DNA of 64,000 nucleotides from Cyanophora paradoxa CCMP329 (lineage: Eukaryota > Plantae > Glaucophyta), in contig QPMI01000692.1 in assembly GCA_004431415.1 (NCBI GenBank), positions 64,204 through 128,203 of the forward strand. The letters are read 5' to 3'. Each line of letters begins with the position of its first letter. Positions within the stretch are counted from its first letter, which is position 1. The translations under genes were made by a program, and so were the position numbers. Positions 23,765 to 36,597 of the stretch are shown in pieces. A model generated the notes under the pieces. The model searched no databases. It saw nothing but the letters and a program-made list of their open reading frames with translations, and had not been told where the DNA came from.

Positions 23765-24126
23765 CGTTGCAGCGCCAGTGGTGACGTGAGCACTTCGTGT
23801 GGCGACGTGTGCACTGCCGGGGATACAGGATCAAAAGTGCACTGAGGTCACCCACCTCTCCCGGCCCGCTGCGATGGCTGTGCGAGCAGCTGCATAGTCT
23901 CCTGCTCGACCATAGGAGCAGCTCATCGGCCGCTGGCTCGTCGAGCTCCGCACACGCTCTTGCAGGCTAGTGCAGCTCTGCCGAGTGGTGCATCTCTGCC
24001 GGCGCCGGACGACGCTTTTGGACCTGCGTGAGCGACGGCGAAAGTATGCGTCGGCGAGCACGCGCGGGCTAGCGAGCCGGCGAACTGGCAGCGAGGCCGC
24101 TCCCCACAGCTGCAGCTCGCTCAGCT

Positions 24127-24452
24127 ATGGACCGCTTTGGAGGAGACGACAATGCCAACTTCCAGGCGAGCCCGCGCGGCGCGGAAGGGCGACCCTGCCC
24201 CCTCCGAGCCCTGACCGGTTCGCGCCGCAGCTCGCCCCGCCGGGCGTACGGGAGCGCTCGCAGGAGGAGATCGGTGCGCTCTGCTCCATCCTCTCGAGCC
24301 ACCCGTGCGCGGCCTCCCGCCCCGCTTCGCTTAGCTTGGCTTCGCCCACGGCGCTCGGCGGCCGACGGCGCCGGCCGCAGGAGCCGCAGAGGGGACGTGG
24401 ACCTCCGGAAGATCGTCCACTGGCTGAGCCCGATGCAGGCGAGCGGCCCGGC

Positions 24453-24483
<31 letters not shown>

Positions 24484-26995
24484 GCGCCTCGCCGGCCGCT
24501 GACGCGTTCGAATTCGTCCGCAGCCGTTCGACGGCCAGCGTGAGCCGCGGCCCCCTCCCGCCGACCCGCGCGGCCGCATCTCACCGCCCGCGCGCAGCGG
24601 CGAAGGCGCTGCGCCTCGCGGCCCGCGCCTGCAGGCTCGAGGTCCACCCCAGGGACCACAAAAGTGCGCCGCCGGCGTCGCCCAGCCCGGGCCGCCCACC
24701 TTTGGTCCTTCCCGCTCGCCCCGACAGGCGCGCAGTCTTCCGCAGAGGGGAGCCGGCCGACAAGTTCTACATGGTCGTCGCAGGGTCGGTGCGCCGCGGG
24801 GAAGCGCCCCCGCCCGGATTCGATCCCGCGTCCCTGGATCGACCCCCCTCCAGCTCTCGGTCTTCGCGGAGAACGAAAACGTGACGCTCGGCGGCCGGAA
24901 GGTGCGGTGCCTGTACCCCTCCACGTGATTTCTGAGCCCGTCCGAAACGGGACCGTACCCCCCGCAGGTCCCCGAGCTGACGGCGATGCTGAGCACGGGC
25001 GATGCCGTCGGCGGGTCGACCATCGCCTCCCCCACCACCCAGATCTGGTACCCCCGTAACCTTGGCCCCCCTCCCCCTCGACCCGCGGCGACGCCGCGCC
25101 GTACCCCCTCGCAGGACGATCACAGCGCTCGCCTCGACGCCCGTGCAGCTCCTCTCGCTGGGGTACGTCGCCTTGCAGCGGATCCTCGAGACCGTCGCCT
25201 CGGAGAAGGTGCCGTACCCCTCTACTGAACCCCGTACCCCCCTCACGCCGCCCAGTTCGCCAAGGAGAAGCGGTTCACGCGAACGGTCCCCTTCCTCTCC
25301 GACCTGAGGCGAGCACCCCTCCCCGCCGAGCCGCGTACCCCCTCCCGCTTACCTGTACCGCCAGCGACGCGAAAGTCGAGCGCTTCTTCTCCTTCGCCCG
25401 CAAGCGCGTCCTGCCCCCGGCGACTGGTCCGCTCCGTACCCAGGCTGCTCGCCCCGTACCCCTCTTTCTGACACCGACTCCGCGTCAGTCTTCTGGCGGC
25501 CGGGCGCCTTCGTTGGGAACGTGTGGCTGATCCAGCACGGACGCGTCCGCTTCTGCTGGCCCTCCCAGGAGGCGATTCCTGTACCCGGCCCCCTCTTTGG
25601 CCCCCGCTGAAGTGGGAAGCAGGGCGGGGGCGAGGCCGGCGGGCGGCGGCACCCCTCTGCGATCGAGGGCGATGAGGCGTGCGAGCTGGGGTCGGGGGCC
25701 CTCGTGGGGGGTAGCTCCTTCTTCGAGCGGCACGGCCGATACACCGTACCCCCCGCTTCCTTCCCGGTACCCCTCCTCTCCGCTCACAGGCGGCAGGTGC
25801 ACGCGATCGCGTCGTCGCGGGTCGTCGCGTGGGAGCTCCTCAAGCTCGCCGTACCCCGGGGCGCGTCACGTACCCCCGAACTGCTCCGCGCCCCTCCCTG
25901 CCCCTTGACCGGCTGCCGCAGCTCTGGACGAGAGCGTTCGGGCGGCGATCGACGCGCGCGCCGCGCGCCTGACCCGCAGCGACGGTGCGCTGCCCCATCG
26001 GGCCGCAGTCCGCCGCCCGCCCACGCGCCCCGCCGCCCGCACTCGCAGGCGCCGACACGAGCGAGTACGCCCTCGTCGCCCCCTCGGCCCGTACCCCCGG
26101 ATCGACCCCGGCCTCCCGCCCCCTCCCGGCCCCGCCCCCGCCCCCGCCCATCCGCCGGCGCCCGGCCAGCGCGTGGGTTCGCCTCTCCTCCCCGCAGGCC
26201 GCCCGGCCGTCCCGCCGCCCCGCCTCCGCCGCGAGCCACTTCCGCCCCTCCTCCACCGTACCCCCCGGCGGCAGCTCCTCGGAGGACGAGGGGGGTACGG
26301 CCGACCCCGACGTTCGGAACCTCCTCGAGCTGCGCGCCGCGCTCCGTACATCTGCCTGGGACGAGCAGGGCGCGGACCTGGACGCGGGGTCGAGCCCCGG
26401 GGGGTCCCTTTCCCCGCCCCGCCCGGCCTCGGCCGCCTCCGCCTCGGCTGCGCGCCTCGCCGCCTCCGCCTCCGCCGCCTCCCTCGGCACCGGTACCCCC
26501 CGCAGCCTCCTTCTCCGCTCCCGCATCTCGTCCACGCCGTCGCTGTCCGCGGGGGTACCGGCGCGCCCCGCCTCCGCCTCGGCCGCCTCGCTGCGGTCCC
26601 GCCCCTGGAGCGCGGCTTCCTTCCTCTCCGCGGGGCGGCCCCCCAGCGAGCCGCCCCCCGAGCCGGCCCCGGTACCCCCCCTCCAGCCTCTCCCCTCCGA
26701 CCCCGCCGTCGCCCCCCCGCCCTCCCCGGGCCGCCGTACCCCCCGCGACGAGGATCTGGAGGGGGAGGGCGCCCGGGCCGTGGACAGACGGGTACTGGAG
26801 GTACTGCACCCCCCGCAGAAGCCGGCGCCCTTGGACCCGTACGCGGCGGCGCGGCCCAAGATTGCCGTACCCTTCCGGCCGGGCTCCCTCCCCCACCACC
26901 TCCGCCCCACGTCCGCCTCCTCCAACTCGAGGTCCTCCCGCGCCCTCGCCCTCTCCGAGGTCCGTACCCCCTGTTTCTCCCACGAAACTGTGTGA
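24127..26995 (+). CDS. Cyclic-nucleotide-binding domain protein (two cNMP-like domains) with low-complexity tail; multi-exon, 3' end uncertain
   Basis: RERSQEEI, VFRRGEPADKFYMVVAGS, LSTGDAVGG, RTITALASTPVQLLSL, VPFLSDL, VWLIQHG, ELGSGALVGG and VHAIASSRVVAWEL exons. Confidence 0.75.
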
Positions 26996-29354
26996 CCCCG
27001 GTTCGAATCCCGGCAGGACCTGGACGAGATCTTGGCGCACGTGCAGTCCCGAGGCCGCGCGCCTGCGGCGGCGGCGGCGGCGGGGCGGCCCCAGTCGGCC
27101 CTCTCGCGGGGGGCCCCCTCCCGCCCCGGGACAGCGGGAAGCACACGGCCCCTATAGCTAGAGCTGTACTCGTAGCCGTCGGCGCCAAGGTCCGCTCGGC
27201 GCTACAGCTTATGCATGAACACTGATCGCGGAGCGGAGCGCGAGAATACTTACGCTATAACTTCGTAAGCCGCACAGCCGCTGAGCGGCACTAGCTCCAG
27301 TAATAGGTTTTCAAACTACGTATACAGCTAAAATTCTGCCTAGCTAGGCAAGCCGGACAAGCTGGGGGCAACCTCCCTTCAAAGAATCAGCAAAACTACA
27401 GAAGAACGCAGGACTGTCAAAAACACGCAGGATCTGTTGAAAAGGCTGTGGGAACTAAGCAAAACATCTGCGACATAGAAAGAAATAGATTGTCGATCGA
27501 TCGACACTGTGACGCGTTGAAAGCATGCGAGTCACTGGGCCCCCCCAGAGCGTGCCTGGGGCGGCAACGGCGCGCGGTGAGCGGCGCTGACGAGCTGCGA
27601 CGGCTCAGAGCGGAGCACACCTTAGTGGACTGAGCCGTGTCGGGTGTTGGGCAGCGGTGCGTCTCGTGCTCGAAGGCGGAGCCGGGGCGGGCCCACTCCG
27701 GGCACGGCAAGCCCTGCGGAGCAAGCTTAAGGGTCACGCCGGGACGCGTCTGAAGGGCCCGGGGAAGACTGAGCCATTACGAACCGATTCCTTAAACATG
27801 CTCTCGAGAAGAAGCTGCTTCTCCCGAGTGAGCTCAAGGAGGAGCTGATGCCGCCCAACGCCGGCCGCGGCGGCGACTGTGCTCTGCAAAGGCACTTCGA
27901 CGACGGCGGAGAGCTCTGGATCCGGATCGCTGTCGTCGCGACCGGAAGCTGCGAGGGAAGCCAGCGCCTCGACCTCCATTGGTCGGCGTCCACACGAACC
28001 CCGCAGGCGTTAGTGCGCGCTGCTGGATCGACACTGCTCCGGCCTCGAGTCCGGCGTCGACTACAACTCCCTTGCTAGTTGCCTGACAAGCCGAGCCTCG
28101 GCAGTCACAGCCGAAGAGGAATCGAGGCGCACGCGGCACAGTCTTCGCTAGCTCGGTTCAGTCCGACGGTCGACGCCTCTCCTGCAGGAGGCAGACGAGT
28201 CGGTGAAGATGCTGGGCGGCGGAGCGGCTGCTGCCCGGAGCGGATTGCTGACAATTTCTACAGACACTGAGTCTTGAGGCCCCGCAAGCGGATTCTGCTT
28301 TGTACCCCTCGAGCTCCGCGGTTACAACTGCCGAGCGACAGTCACGTTGGTTACGCCTTAGGTGCAGAATGTCCATCTAACGGAGATAAAATAGCGCTTT
28401 TCTGGCAGGCCCGGCGGCCGGGAGCGAGTGCTATTGACGTTGCTGATGTACCCCTCAACCTTCACATCCCCCTCGCAGATAGACTTGCGCGGGCGCGAAG
28501 AGTGCAGCAGCAGCGGCCACCGGGATGGCACGCGACGCTGCCAGGTAGATTACGCATCATCAGGCGCGGTCGCGGCCCGACTTGTGGGCTCGCTCGCCGC
28601 TTCCGAACTCCCATCGACGCCGATTGCGCAAGCGGGACCGGTACCGCACACACGCTGATTCCCCCAGCCCGGCACGGCACTGCGCGAGCGTAGATGCTAT
28701 CTGAGTGTACTTGCAGCTCAGAGAGCGTGCAGCCCGCGGCCGGCCGCGTTTCAGCTAGTTGGTCCAGCGCCCCGCGGTCGAACGAGATGACCGGTGCCCT
28801 GTCGGCGTCGGCCGAGCCGGCCATGCATCCAGAGACGCTCTCCAACTGCGTGGATGCTGTCGCACAGGCCGTTCTCGGCGACCTGACGAAGTTCAGCTGT
28901 GCGCTCCCATCTCGGCCCATCGAATCTTCAAAGAATCTGGCCATCTGCGGGCTCGCCGCGCTGACGGGACGCTCTCCTCGCGTTTTTCTTCAGATGTGGA
29001 GTGCATGGCGCTCTCGGGCGGGGCCGCGAGGGACGGGCAGGGCGCAGTCGGCCCCTCCCTTCGGATCAAGCGCGTCTGCAGCCTTTCAAGTGTCGGTAAG
29101 CGAATCGGGGCTCCCTCATCTCTTTCCTTCTGTGCTCCCTGAGCCTTTTAGCGCTTCAATTTGACGTTGTGCATGTCATCGTTGAAATTTGATCGCGATC
29201 ACAGGGGCGAACCCGCTCGCGGTCCAGTTCAGCAAGGAGGCAAGCTGCAGGGATCCGGAGTCCGACGCCGGCTCTCCCGACGTCGTCGCAAGCTCTGCGA
29301 TCGCCAACCGATGCGAGTGAGTCCGGATCCGCGCCATATGCTTTGCCTTTCCAG

Positions 29355-31381
29355 GTCGCCGAGCGATTTGATCGGCACCATCGCGATGTCGCGATCGATC
29401 GACCTCGCGTGCACTCGAGCTCACTCTTGGCCTGTTTCAGGTGGTTGGTGGACGCTAGTCTTGTCCCCAAGGAAACCTTCTCTCGCTCCGGACCCTCCTG
29501 CCCCTTCAAAACGCTCTTCGTGGTGGGTTCCTTCTCGCTCGGATTGGGTGATCGTCGCTGTTCTCGCGTGCTTATGTGCCCGCCCGTAGGTTCCTTGCTC
29601 CTCCCCCCTCTCGAGACGGCCCCTTCTCGTGTTTCTCTTCTTCTCCTCGACCGCGAACGAGTACGATTCAATTGTCGACGGGGTGCGATTGTCGAGGGTG
29701 CACATCCATAGCTCTCTCTTCGCTGATTACGTACGCTGCAGTATGTGCGGGCGAATGTCTTCGCCAACCTCTTCCGGCACTGCGGCGCGGTCGAGGTGGG
29801 CGGCGGGCCGCTCTGCGTCGTCGGGCCGGGCGCCCCCGCCCGCCCGCTCGACGTCGACGACTGCGCACTCGACTTGCTCCGAATCAGGTGCGGCGTCCCG
29901 CGGCTGTCCACGGCAAGCTTAAGACTCGACTGCTCAGTCTGCCCGCGCGCCCCGCAGCCCTGCGACGCGGTCAGAGACCTCCTCAAAGCTCATCGAGACC
30001 CGGATGGGCGAGTCCCTCTCCCTCTTCCGAAAGGTATATACCGTTTTCATCAATCTTTCTCTTACGCTCGCCCCTCGCTGACGCCCTTGTTAGTTCCCGA
30101 GCATGCGGACGCGGCTCTTCCAGGGCGCCCTGCTCCGCACGTTCCCCGTCGGCTACGAGCGTGCGCGCGTTTAATTTACAAGCCGAGCTCGAGCTTCATC
30201 TGAAGCTTAAGCTTAAGCTTCTGCGTCCTGCGTCCGCAGTCATGGCCATCGGCGAGCCGTACACGCGGGCGCTGGTCATTCTGGTGGGCGCCGTGCGCTG
30301 CACCGACTGCGTGAGCGCGTCGGCGGAGGCGGAGGCGGACGCGGCCGCTGTGCATATGGACGGGTGGGAGCTCAGGCCCGGCGACAGCCTCGGCGAGCTC
30401 TGCCTCCTCTCGCCCTGCCCCGTCAGGTTCGCTTAAGGCCAGCGGAACTCGCTGATTCGATTCCGTTCTGTTGACGCTCTCTCTGCGCATGCGCAGCTCG
30501 GTTTCGGCCGTTGTCACCTCGCCGGTGCTCTGCATCGAAGTCGACGCGTCGTACGGCATCGCCGCGCCGGCCCCGAGCGCAGTCCCCGCGCCCGTGCCGG
30601 CGCCTCTCGAGGCGGGCCGCCCCCGGGCGCGCAGCGACAGCTGCGGATCCGGATCCCTTTCCGTCAGCGTCGAGCGCGAGCGGGCCGGCAGCTTCAGCTT
30701 CGGCTGCAGCGAGCAGCGCCCGCCCGTGGCGAGCTCGAGCCCCTGCCAGTCCCACGCCAGCTCGTCCCCCGCCACCCCGCCCCCGCTTCCGCCCCCCCCG
30801 CCCGCCTCCGCCTCCGTGGCCCCACCATCCGGATCCGAACCCGAGCCTGACTGCGTCGCCGCGACGGCCGCTCTCCACATATCGCTCTCCCGATCGAACA
30901 GCATGCATATGACGAAGCCTGGCGGCCCTTGCTCCCCGCATTCCCAGGTCGTCCCTCCGGCCCCCGTCCCGGCCCCGGCCTCGCCCCCTCCGGCCGCGCC
31001 CGCCGGCCCCTCGGCCTCGCCCCCTTCGGCCTACGGGGGCGCCGGCGCGGACTCGCTGCCCCCGGCCCCCGGCCTCATCCTCCGCCCCGTCAAGAAGGCT
31101 GTACCCACGAAGCGGAAGCGGGACACGATCACGTGCGCCCTTCTCTCTTCTTTTCCTTCCTCTTCTCTGATTTGATTTGATTATAGGTACGACATGATCA
31201 AGGCGCACTTCGACGTGCCACTGAGCCGCGCGGCGGAGCGGCTCAACGTGTGCAGCACGACGCTCAAGTCGATCTGCCGCGAGCTGGGGATCAGCTCGTG
31301 GCCGCACCGCGCCTCGTCGAGCGGCTCTGGCGGATCGAAGCCCGGCTCGGGCTCGAACTCGCCGCGGCCGCCCCCGCGCGC

Positions 31382-31424
<43 letters not shown>

Positions 31425-31706
31425 CCCAAACCATCCGCGGCCGCCCGACAGTCGCCCCCAGCCGCGGCGGCCGAGCCGCAGCCGCAGGCCGTCCCCTCTT
31501 TCTACCCGTACGCATTCGACGCGAGACCGGCGCAGCAGACGCGGGCGCCGACGCCGCCCCTGTACCCGGCCCGCGGGCAGGAGGGGTACGGCCTGCCGAC
31601 CGAGTTCCGGATGCTGGACCCCTCCCAAGTCCAAGGCCTGCTCGACGTCGACATGTTCGACATCGACGGAGCGGCGGCGGCGTTCCCGCTGAATTTCGGC
31701 AGCTGA
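29355..31706 (+). CDS. RWP-RK transcription factor with upstream cNMP-like domain; start uncertain
   Basis: KRKRDTIT|YDMIKAHFDVPLSRAAERLNVCSTTLKSICRELGISSWPHR; upstream GEPYTRALVILVGAV...ELRPGDSLGELCLL...SVSAVVTSPVLCIEVD; polyQ tract. Confidence 0.8.
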
Positions 31707-32811
31707 AATATTGATGCCGGAGTAGTTTCGGCACCGACCAGAGTCCCGCCGGCCTGCAAATGGCCACCGCGGAGCCTCGAGCTCGGAAGCCAAGCTCGCT
31801 CCCCGGCCGAACGGGGCAGCAACTCGAGCACCATTTCCAGATTTCGGACTTTTTCAAGCCGCTAGGACTAATTAATAGTTTTAGAGATTGATAGCCTGAT
31901 GAATGCGAGGTTTCTGATATCGATGTTTTTGTGTTCTGACTGCAAACGTGTTCTGAGTAGTTTTCAATAGGGCATCGTTCCTTTTGTGTTTCAAACTGAG
32001 CGGCAAAGTTTGCCGAGTCGGCCAGTTGTTGGCCGTGTTTAGCGAGCGACAGCGTGTAATGTACCCTAGGCCTCCCCGAATACGTCGTAAGAACTTTTAC
32101 GTCACGGCGTTGACTTTCCCCGTCGATTCTGCGTTCACCTCTTGCGATTGCAATTGGCCTAGGCCTCATGATTAGTAGGTGCAATTTTGTCTTCCCCCAT
32201 CAGATCATCCGCATTTGGTCTCTTCATTCGCCGCTCCTTTTAATCTTTCAAAACCCGGGTCAGGCCCAAGGTGCGCCTAGCTATATATAGGCACGCGCCC
32301 TGCACACGTCTACGTAGTCTTTATTCTACTCATTCTTTGACAGTATGCATATATGTCTTTAAATTCTTAAGCTTGCTGTATGCAGCTAATTTTATAATCG
32401 TTGCCGAGGCCCATCGATAGCATCGATCAACCTGTAAATTCTAGAATTCATAACCTTCGATACAGTGACTCAGTGATATCAGTTTGAATTCATTTTAAAA
32501 TTGAAGCGCGTTCAAATCATATGCATGAAGCAAGCCAGGGCGACTCAGCGAGCTCGAGGCGGCGCCTGGCCTCAGGCCTAGGGCCTGGCGCCCCGGCGTG
32601 CAGTCGTCGGATCCGGAGCTCGAGACGCTCTCGAGCTCCAAAATCGTGGCCGGATGCTGTTGCAATTGCACATGTACAGACCGTTCTCCGAGAGGCTCGG
32701 CGACCTAACGAAGTTCCGAAGTTAACCGCATTAATTGCATTAATTCGGGACCGCATTAATTAAGCTAGCGTTCCCTTAGCCGGAGTTGAACCCGCACTAT
32801 AGTCGGCCTTA

Positions 32812-33195
32812 GTGATGCCTCCGAAGCGCGGCGTCCCTCAGCCGGGCGAGGAGCCTGCCGCTGGCGTCTTCGGCAAGGAGAAGCAGCCGAAGCTCCAGCA
32901 GGGCATCACTGAGTCAGGGGCTTCCTTGTGGAGAAGAGCGTCAATTGCAAGGGCTTGCCGCGCGGCGCACTCAGCGATACGCGCGCGCGCGGACACGCCT
33001 GAGCAAGCCGCCTTCTTCAGGAACGTAGCCAGCGATATGCGCAAGCAGGAGGAGCAGAAGGAGGTGGCAGCCGAGTCGTCGCAGCCGCAGAAGCGTTCCG
33101 TGCCCTCGCCCGCCTTCAAGACGACGAGGCAGAGTCCGGCGAGGACGGGTTCGGCAACGAGGACGTATGATTACGTGGCAGCGCTACTAGGCTAG
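32812..33195 (+). CDS. Hypothetical protein flanked by CGCATTAATT repeats
   Basis: 127-aa ORF with coding-like codon usage; motif repeated at ~32727-32762 and 33293-33372. Confidence 0.3.
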   Translation: MMPPKRGVPQPGEEPAAGVFGKEKQPKLQQGITESGASLWRRASIARACRAAHSAIRARADTPEQAAFFRNVASDMRKQEEQKEVAAESSQPQKRSVPSPAFKTTRQSPARTGSATRTYDYVAALLG

Positions 33196-34361
33196 CTTGT
33201 ACTGCAGGCCCGCCCGCAGCCCAAGGCCTAATTGTCTAATTTTCAGTAAAATACCCCCCGCCCCCCCCCATACAAGCCCGAAAGTTATAAAACGCATTAA
33301 TTCGGGACCGCATTATTAACCATACTAGGGGTCCGGGTCCAAAAACGCATTAATTACCGGCGCATTAATTAAGTGTTACACGGTAGTACTAGTATACGTA
33401 CTAGCTAGTGCTGAGTCACTGAGTCCGAGGCTTTCGAATTAAAATATTCCGAGGACATGATCGATATTATGATCGATGATCATGCATACTATGATATGAA
33501 TCATATGATCAGCCGCTCCGAGGCTCGGCGCCGGCGCGGCGCGCGCGCGCGCGGGGCGCTGGGCGGCCTGGCCCAGTGGGCCTCGAGCCGCGCGCTGACT
33601 CAGTGAGGCTGCGCTAGCGGATCCGGAACCGACGCACGTGTCGACCGCATGCGCAGCCGCGCGCTGCGCACGCCCGCGCGCGCCTGACCGGCCGCGGACT
33701 CGGCGCGGAGTCGGCGCGGACTCCGCCGCTCTCTCCGCGTAGAAAATTAATTAATTAATTATAACGTATACTAGTACCGACTCTATTACCGAGCCCTAAA
33801 CCGCGAAGAAAAGCTTAAGAGAGCGCTAGCCGCGAAGCGCGAAGCAGGCTTCAAGCAGCGCGCGATCGCGAGCGCCGGCGCCGCGCGCTGAGCTGAATTC
33901 GGAGCTTCACCGGGTACAGCAGCACGTGAGGGGTACACGTCTCAAATTCCCGCAACACCCAGGTTCGTCTCACGGCGCCGTCGCTTGCGCCAGTTGGTCT
34001 ATCTCGGTGTGCTGGAGCTAGCGGGCATGCTTGGAGCAGTTCCCGCCGGCGCCAATCGCACTGCGCAGCCCGGCAGCGAGGGCCGCGCCGACGTTTTGTG
34101 CTGCGAAGGGAATAAGACTGCTTAGACTAATACCACGCTGTCGACGCGAGCTTGGGCCAGCCGTTAGCGAGCTAGACGGCGCGCGCCTACCGCACGTAGC
34201 CGCGCGTGCCCCGCGCTCCAGACTCCCCCAACACGTCTCGTTAGGCCCCGCTTAACCGCCGGTCCATCTAAACCCCGCCGCCCCGGTCCTCGCCTTGCGC
34301 CGTGCCGTGTCCCATCTAGCTCTGACCGCAGCTCTGACCGCGGGCCGCGCAGAACGAGCCG

Positions 34362-36597
34362 ATGTCGCAGCTCACGCTCGATGCCGCCAAGCGCGCTGTC
34401 GACGAGGGCCGCCCCGTGGACCTCTACAGGTGCGGCGCTCGACGGCGGCTCGCTCGCCGACCGCGTGTCGGTGTCGCGTGAACCGAGATGAGCCCGCGTT
34501 CCATCGAGAGCGGTGCCCTAGATAAACCGGAGTTGGCTGCCCTGCGCAACCTAGGCTGCCGCCGGCCGCCGCGCTCCGCTCAGGCGGGCCCGGCCGCGCG
34601 CGCAGCGACCAGGACGTCCTCACGCTCCTGGCCTGGATCGAGGAGGGGCAGATCCCCGGCGACTGCGCCATGATCATGGGCTACGCGAAGTGCGTCCCGT
34701 ACCCCTCCCGGACTCCCCCCCCCCGCCAAACTGCGCCTCTGACCGCCGCCGCCTGATTCCCCGCAGCTGGTGTGGTGCGTCACAGCCCCAAGGGAGCCAC
34801 GCCCCGCGCCCCGCGCCCCGCCGAGCGCCCCGCCCCGCCCCGCCGCGCAGGGTACAGCAAGGCCGCCCAGCCGATCCTGGAGGAGCTGTGCGCACCCCCA
34901 GCTCGCTCGCTCCATCGGGGTGCGCTCTGACGGCCGCCGGGGTACAGCGCGCAGCGAATGAAGGGCACCCACGCGATCGCGCGCGTCGACGCGGACCAGT
35001 GCGGCCGCCCTCGTACCCCCCGCCCCCTCCTTCCCCTCGGGGCCAACATGGGCGTACAGGTACATTAAGGAGCAGGATCCGCAGGGCAGCAAGGTCCGGA
35101 AACGGTGTACCCCCTTCCCTCTCCTTTCATCCATGACCCCGCAGCCGTACCCCGCAGCTCGTCGCCGGCCTCCCGCTGAACGGGTACCCGACGTTCGTCT
35201 TCGCTGAGAAGGCGACCGAGGCCCCCGGCGACTACGGTACCCCTTCTGCTTCCCGTCCTCTCCTGCCGGGATCCGACGTACCCCGCTCGCAGACTTCGAC
35301 ACGGCGATCGTGCAGGTGCCCCGCACCGCTGACGCCCTCGAGCACTACATGAACAAGAACTGCGGTTCGTCCCCGTACCCCCCTCCTGGGTCCCCCGGTC
35401 CTTGCCGATTGCTGTACCCCCAGGCCCACACAAGTCGACTTTCGATCTCGGGAAGGCGCAGGCGGACGTCAGCGCCGGCCGCGTGATTGAGGCGTGCCCC
35501 GCCCTCCGTACCCCCTCCACCCTTCTACCGCCCCCCCTTCCGTCGAACGAGCGTTCGCCCGCAGCTCGATACCGCCGCTGAGCTCACTTCGTTCCTGCAC
35601 GCCGTCGAGGACGACGCCTTCCCCGGCGGTACCCCCACCCGGCTTCTCCCCCCCCCACTTCTCTCCCCCTAACTAATCGGGGTACCCATGCCCAGACGGC
35701 GCCCTGGTCGAGGGCTACGCGAGCTGGTGTGGTGCGTGGCCCCTGTACCCGCGTACTCACTTTACCCCGCTAAATCCCCCCCCCCCCCCCCCCCCCCTCC
35801 CCGGGTAGGCCACTGCAAGAGCCTCAAGCCGCAGTACGAGAAGCTCGCCCTCGATCTCGCCGGCAAGGTGGGCGTACCCCCGTCTCCGCCCCGAATCGTA
35901 CCGGTACCCCCCCTTTCCCCAGGGCTGACGCCGCCCGCCCTTTTCATTAGGTTCCGGTCGCCCGCATCGGTGCGCTTTAATCTGATCTGCTTCGGTGCCA
36001 ACGCCCTCGCGAGGCGAGTGCCCGCCGACGCGTGCCCTCCTCCCGCCCTCCCCCTGCAGACGCCGACGAGGCTCGCGTCTTCTCCCTCGGGAACACGACC
36101 ATTGCGGGGTACGCCGTTTGTTCGTCGAGGCGGGAGGGGGATGCGGATCGCTGTCAGGCCCCGGTCTCACCCGCGCCCGCGCGCCCGCGCCTCGAAACAG
36201 GTACCCCACCGTCGTCTACTTCGACGACAACGGCTCCGCCGACGGCGTGGTGCGTACCCGTACCCCCGCCCCGCCCGGTCCCGGCCCGCAGCCGACGGGG
36301 TCCCGGGTACCGCAGTTCGAGGAGAGCAAGTACGAGGGGATGCGCACGACGGATGCGCTCCGTAAGTTCGTGGACGGGTTCCGCTCCTCGCTGGACGAGG
36401 ACGTACCCCTGGTCCGAATCTCCCCCCCCTCTTTTTTTGAGCGCGCTGGGTCTTATTTCTTCTTCGTTCGCCAGGTCTCGGAGGAGGGCGCCGAGTTCGC
36501 GGGCGCGGAGTTCGGGGCGAGCTGGGCCTCCTCCGAGGAGGACGCCCTCTTCGGGGCGGACGAGGAGGCGGCGGGCGAGCTGCCGTTCGAGCTCTGA
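34362..36597 (+). CDS. Two-thioredoxin-domain (PDI-like) protein with WCGYS and WCGHC sites; multi-exon
   Basis: GYANWCGYSKAAQP, IARVDAD, NGYPT, EGYASWCGHCKSLKPQYEKLA, YPTVVYF, YEGMRTTDAL; acidic tail ending PFEL. Confidence 0.85.

Noticed and set aside
25704-27225. Five or six long overlapping ORFs on both strands
   Set aside because: Stop-poor, extremely GC-rich low-complexity sequence; only the 25985-26995 frame plausibly belongs to the cNMP gene.
27417-28944. Possible minus-strand host gene
   Set aside because: Some coding-like segments but no recognisable domain or defensible exon model.
32461-33421. Possible TIR pair CAGTGACTCAG / CTGAGTCACTG around ORF 32812-33195
   Set aside because: Only 11 bp, no matching TSD, and TGACTCA words recur in nearby palindrome-rich DNA.
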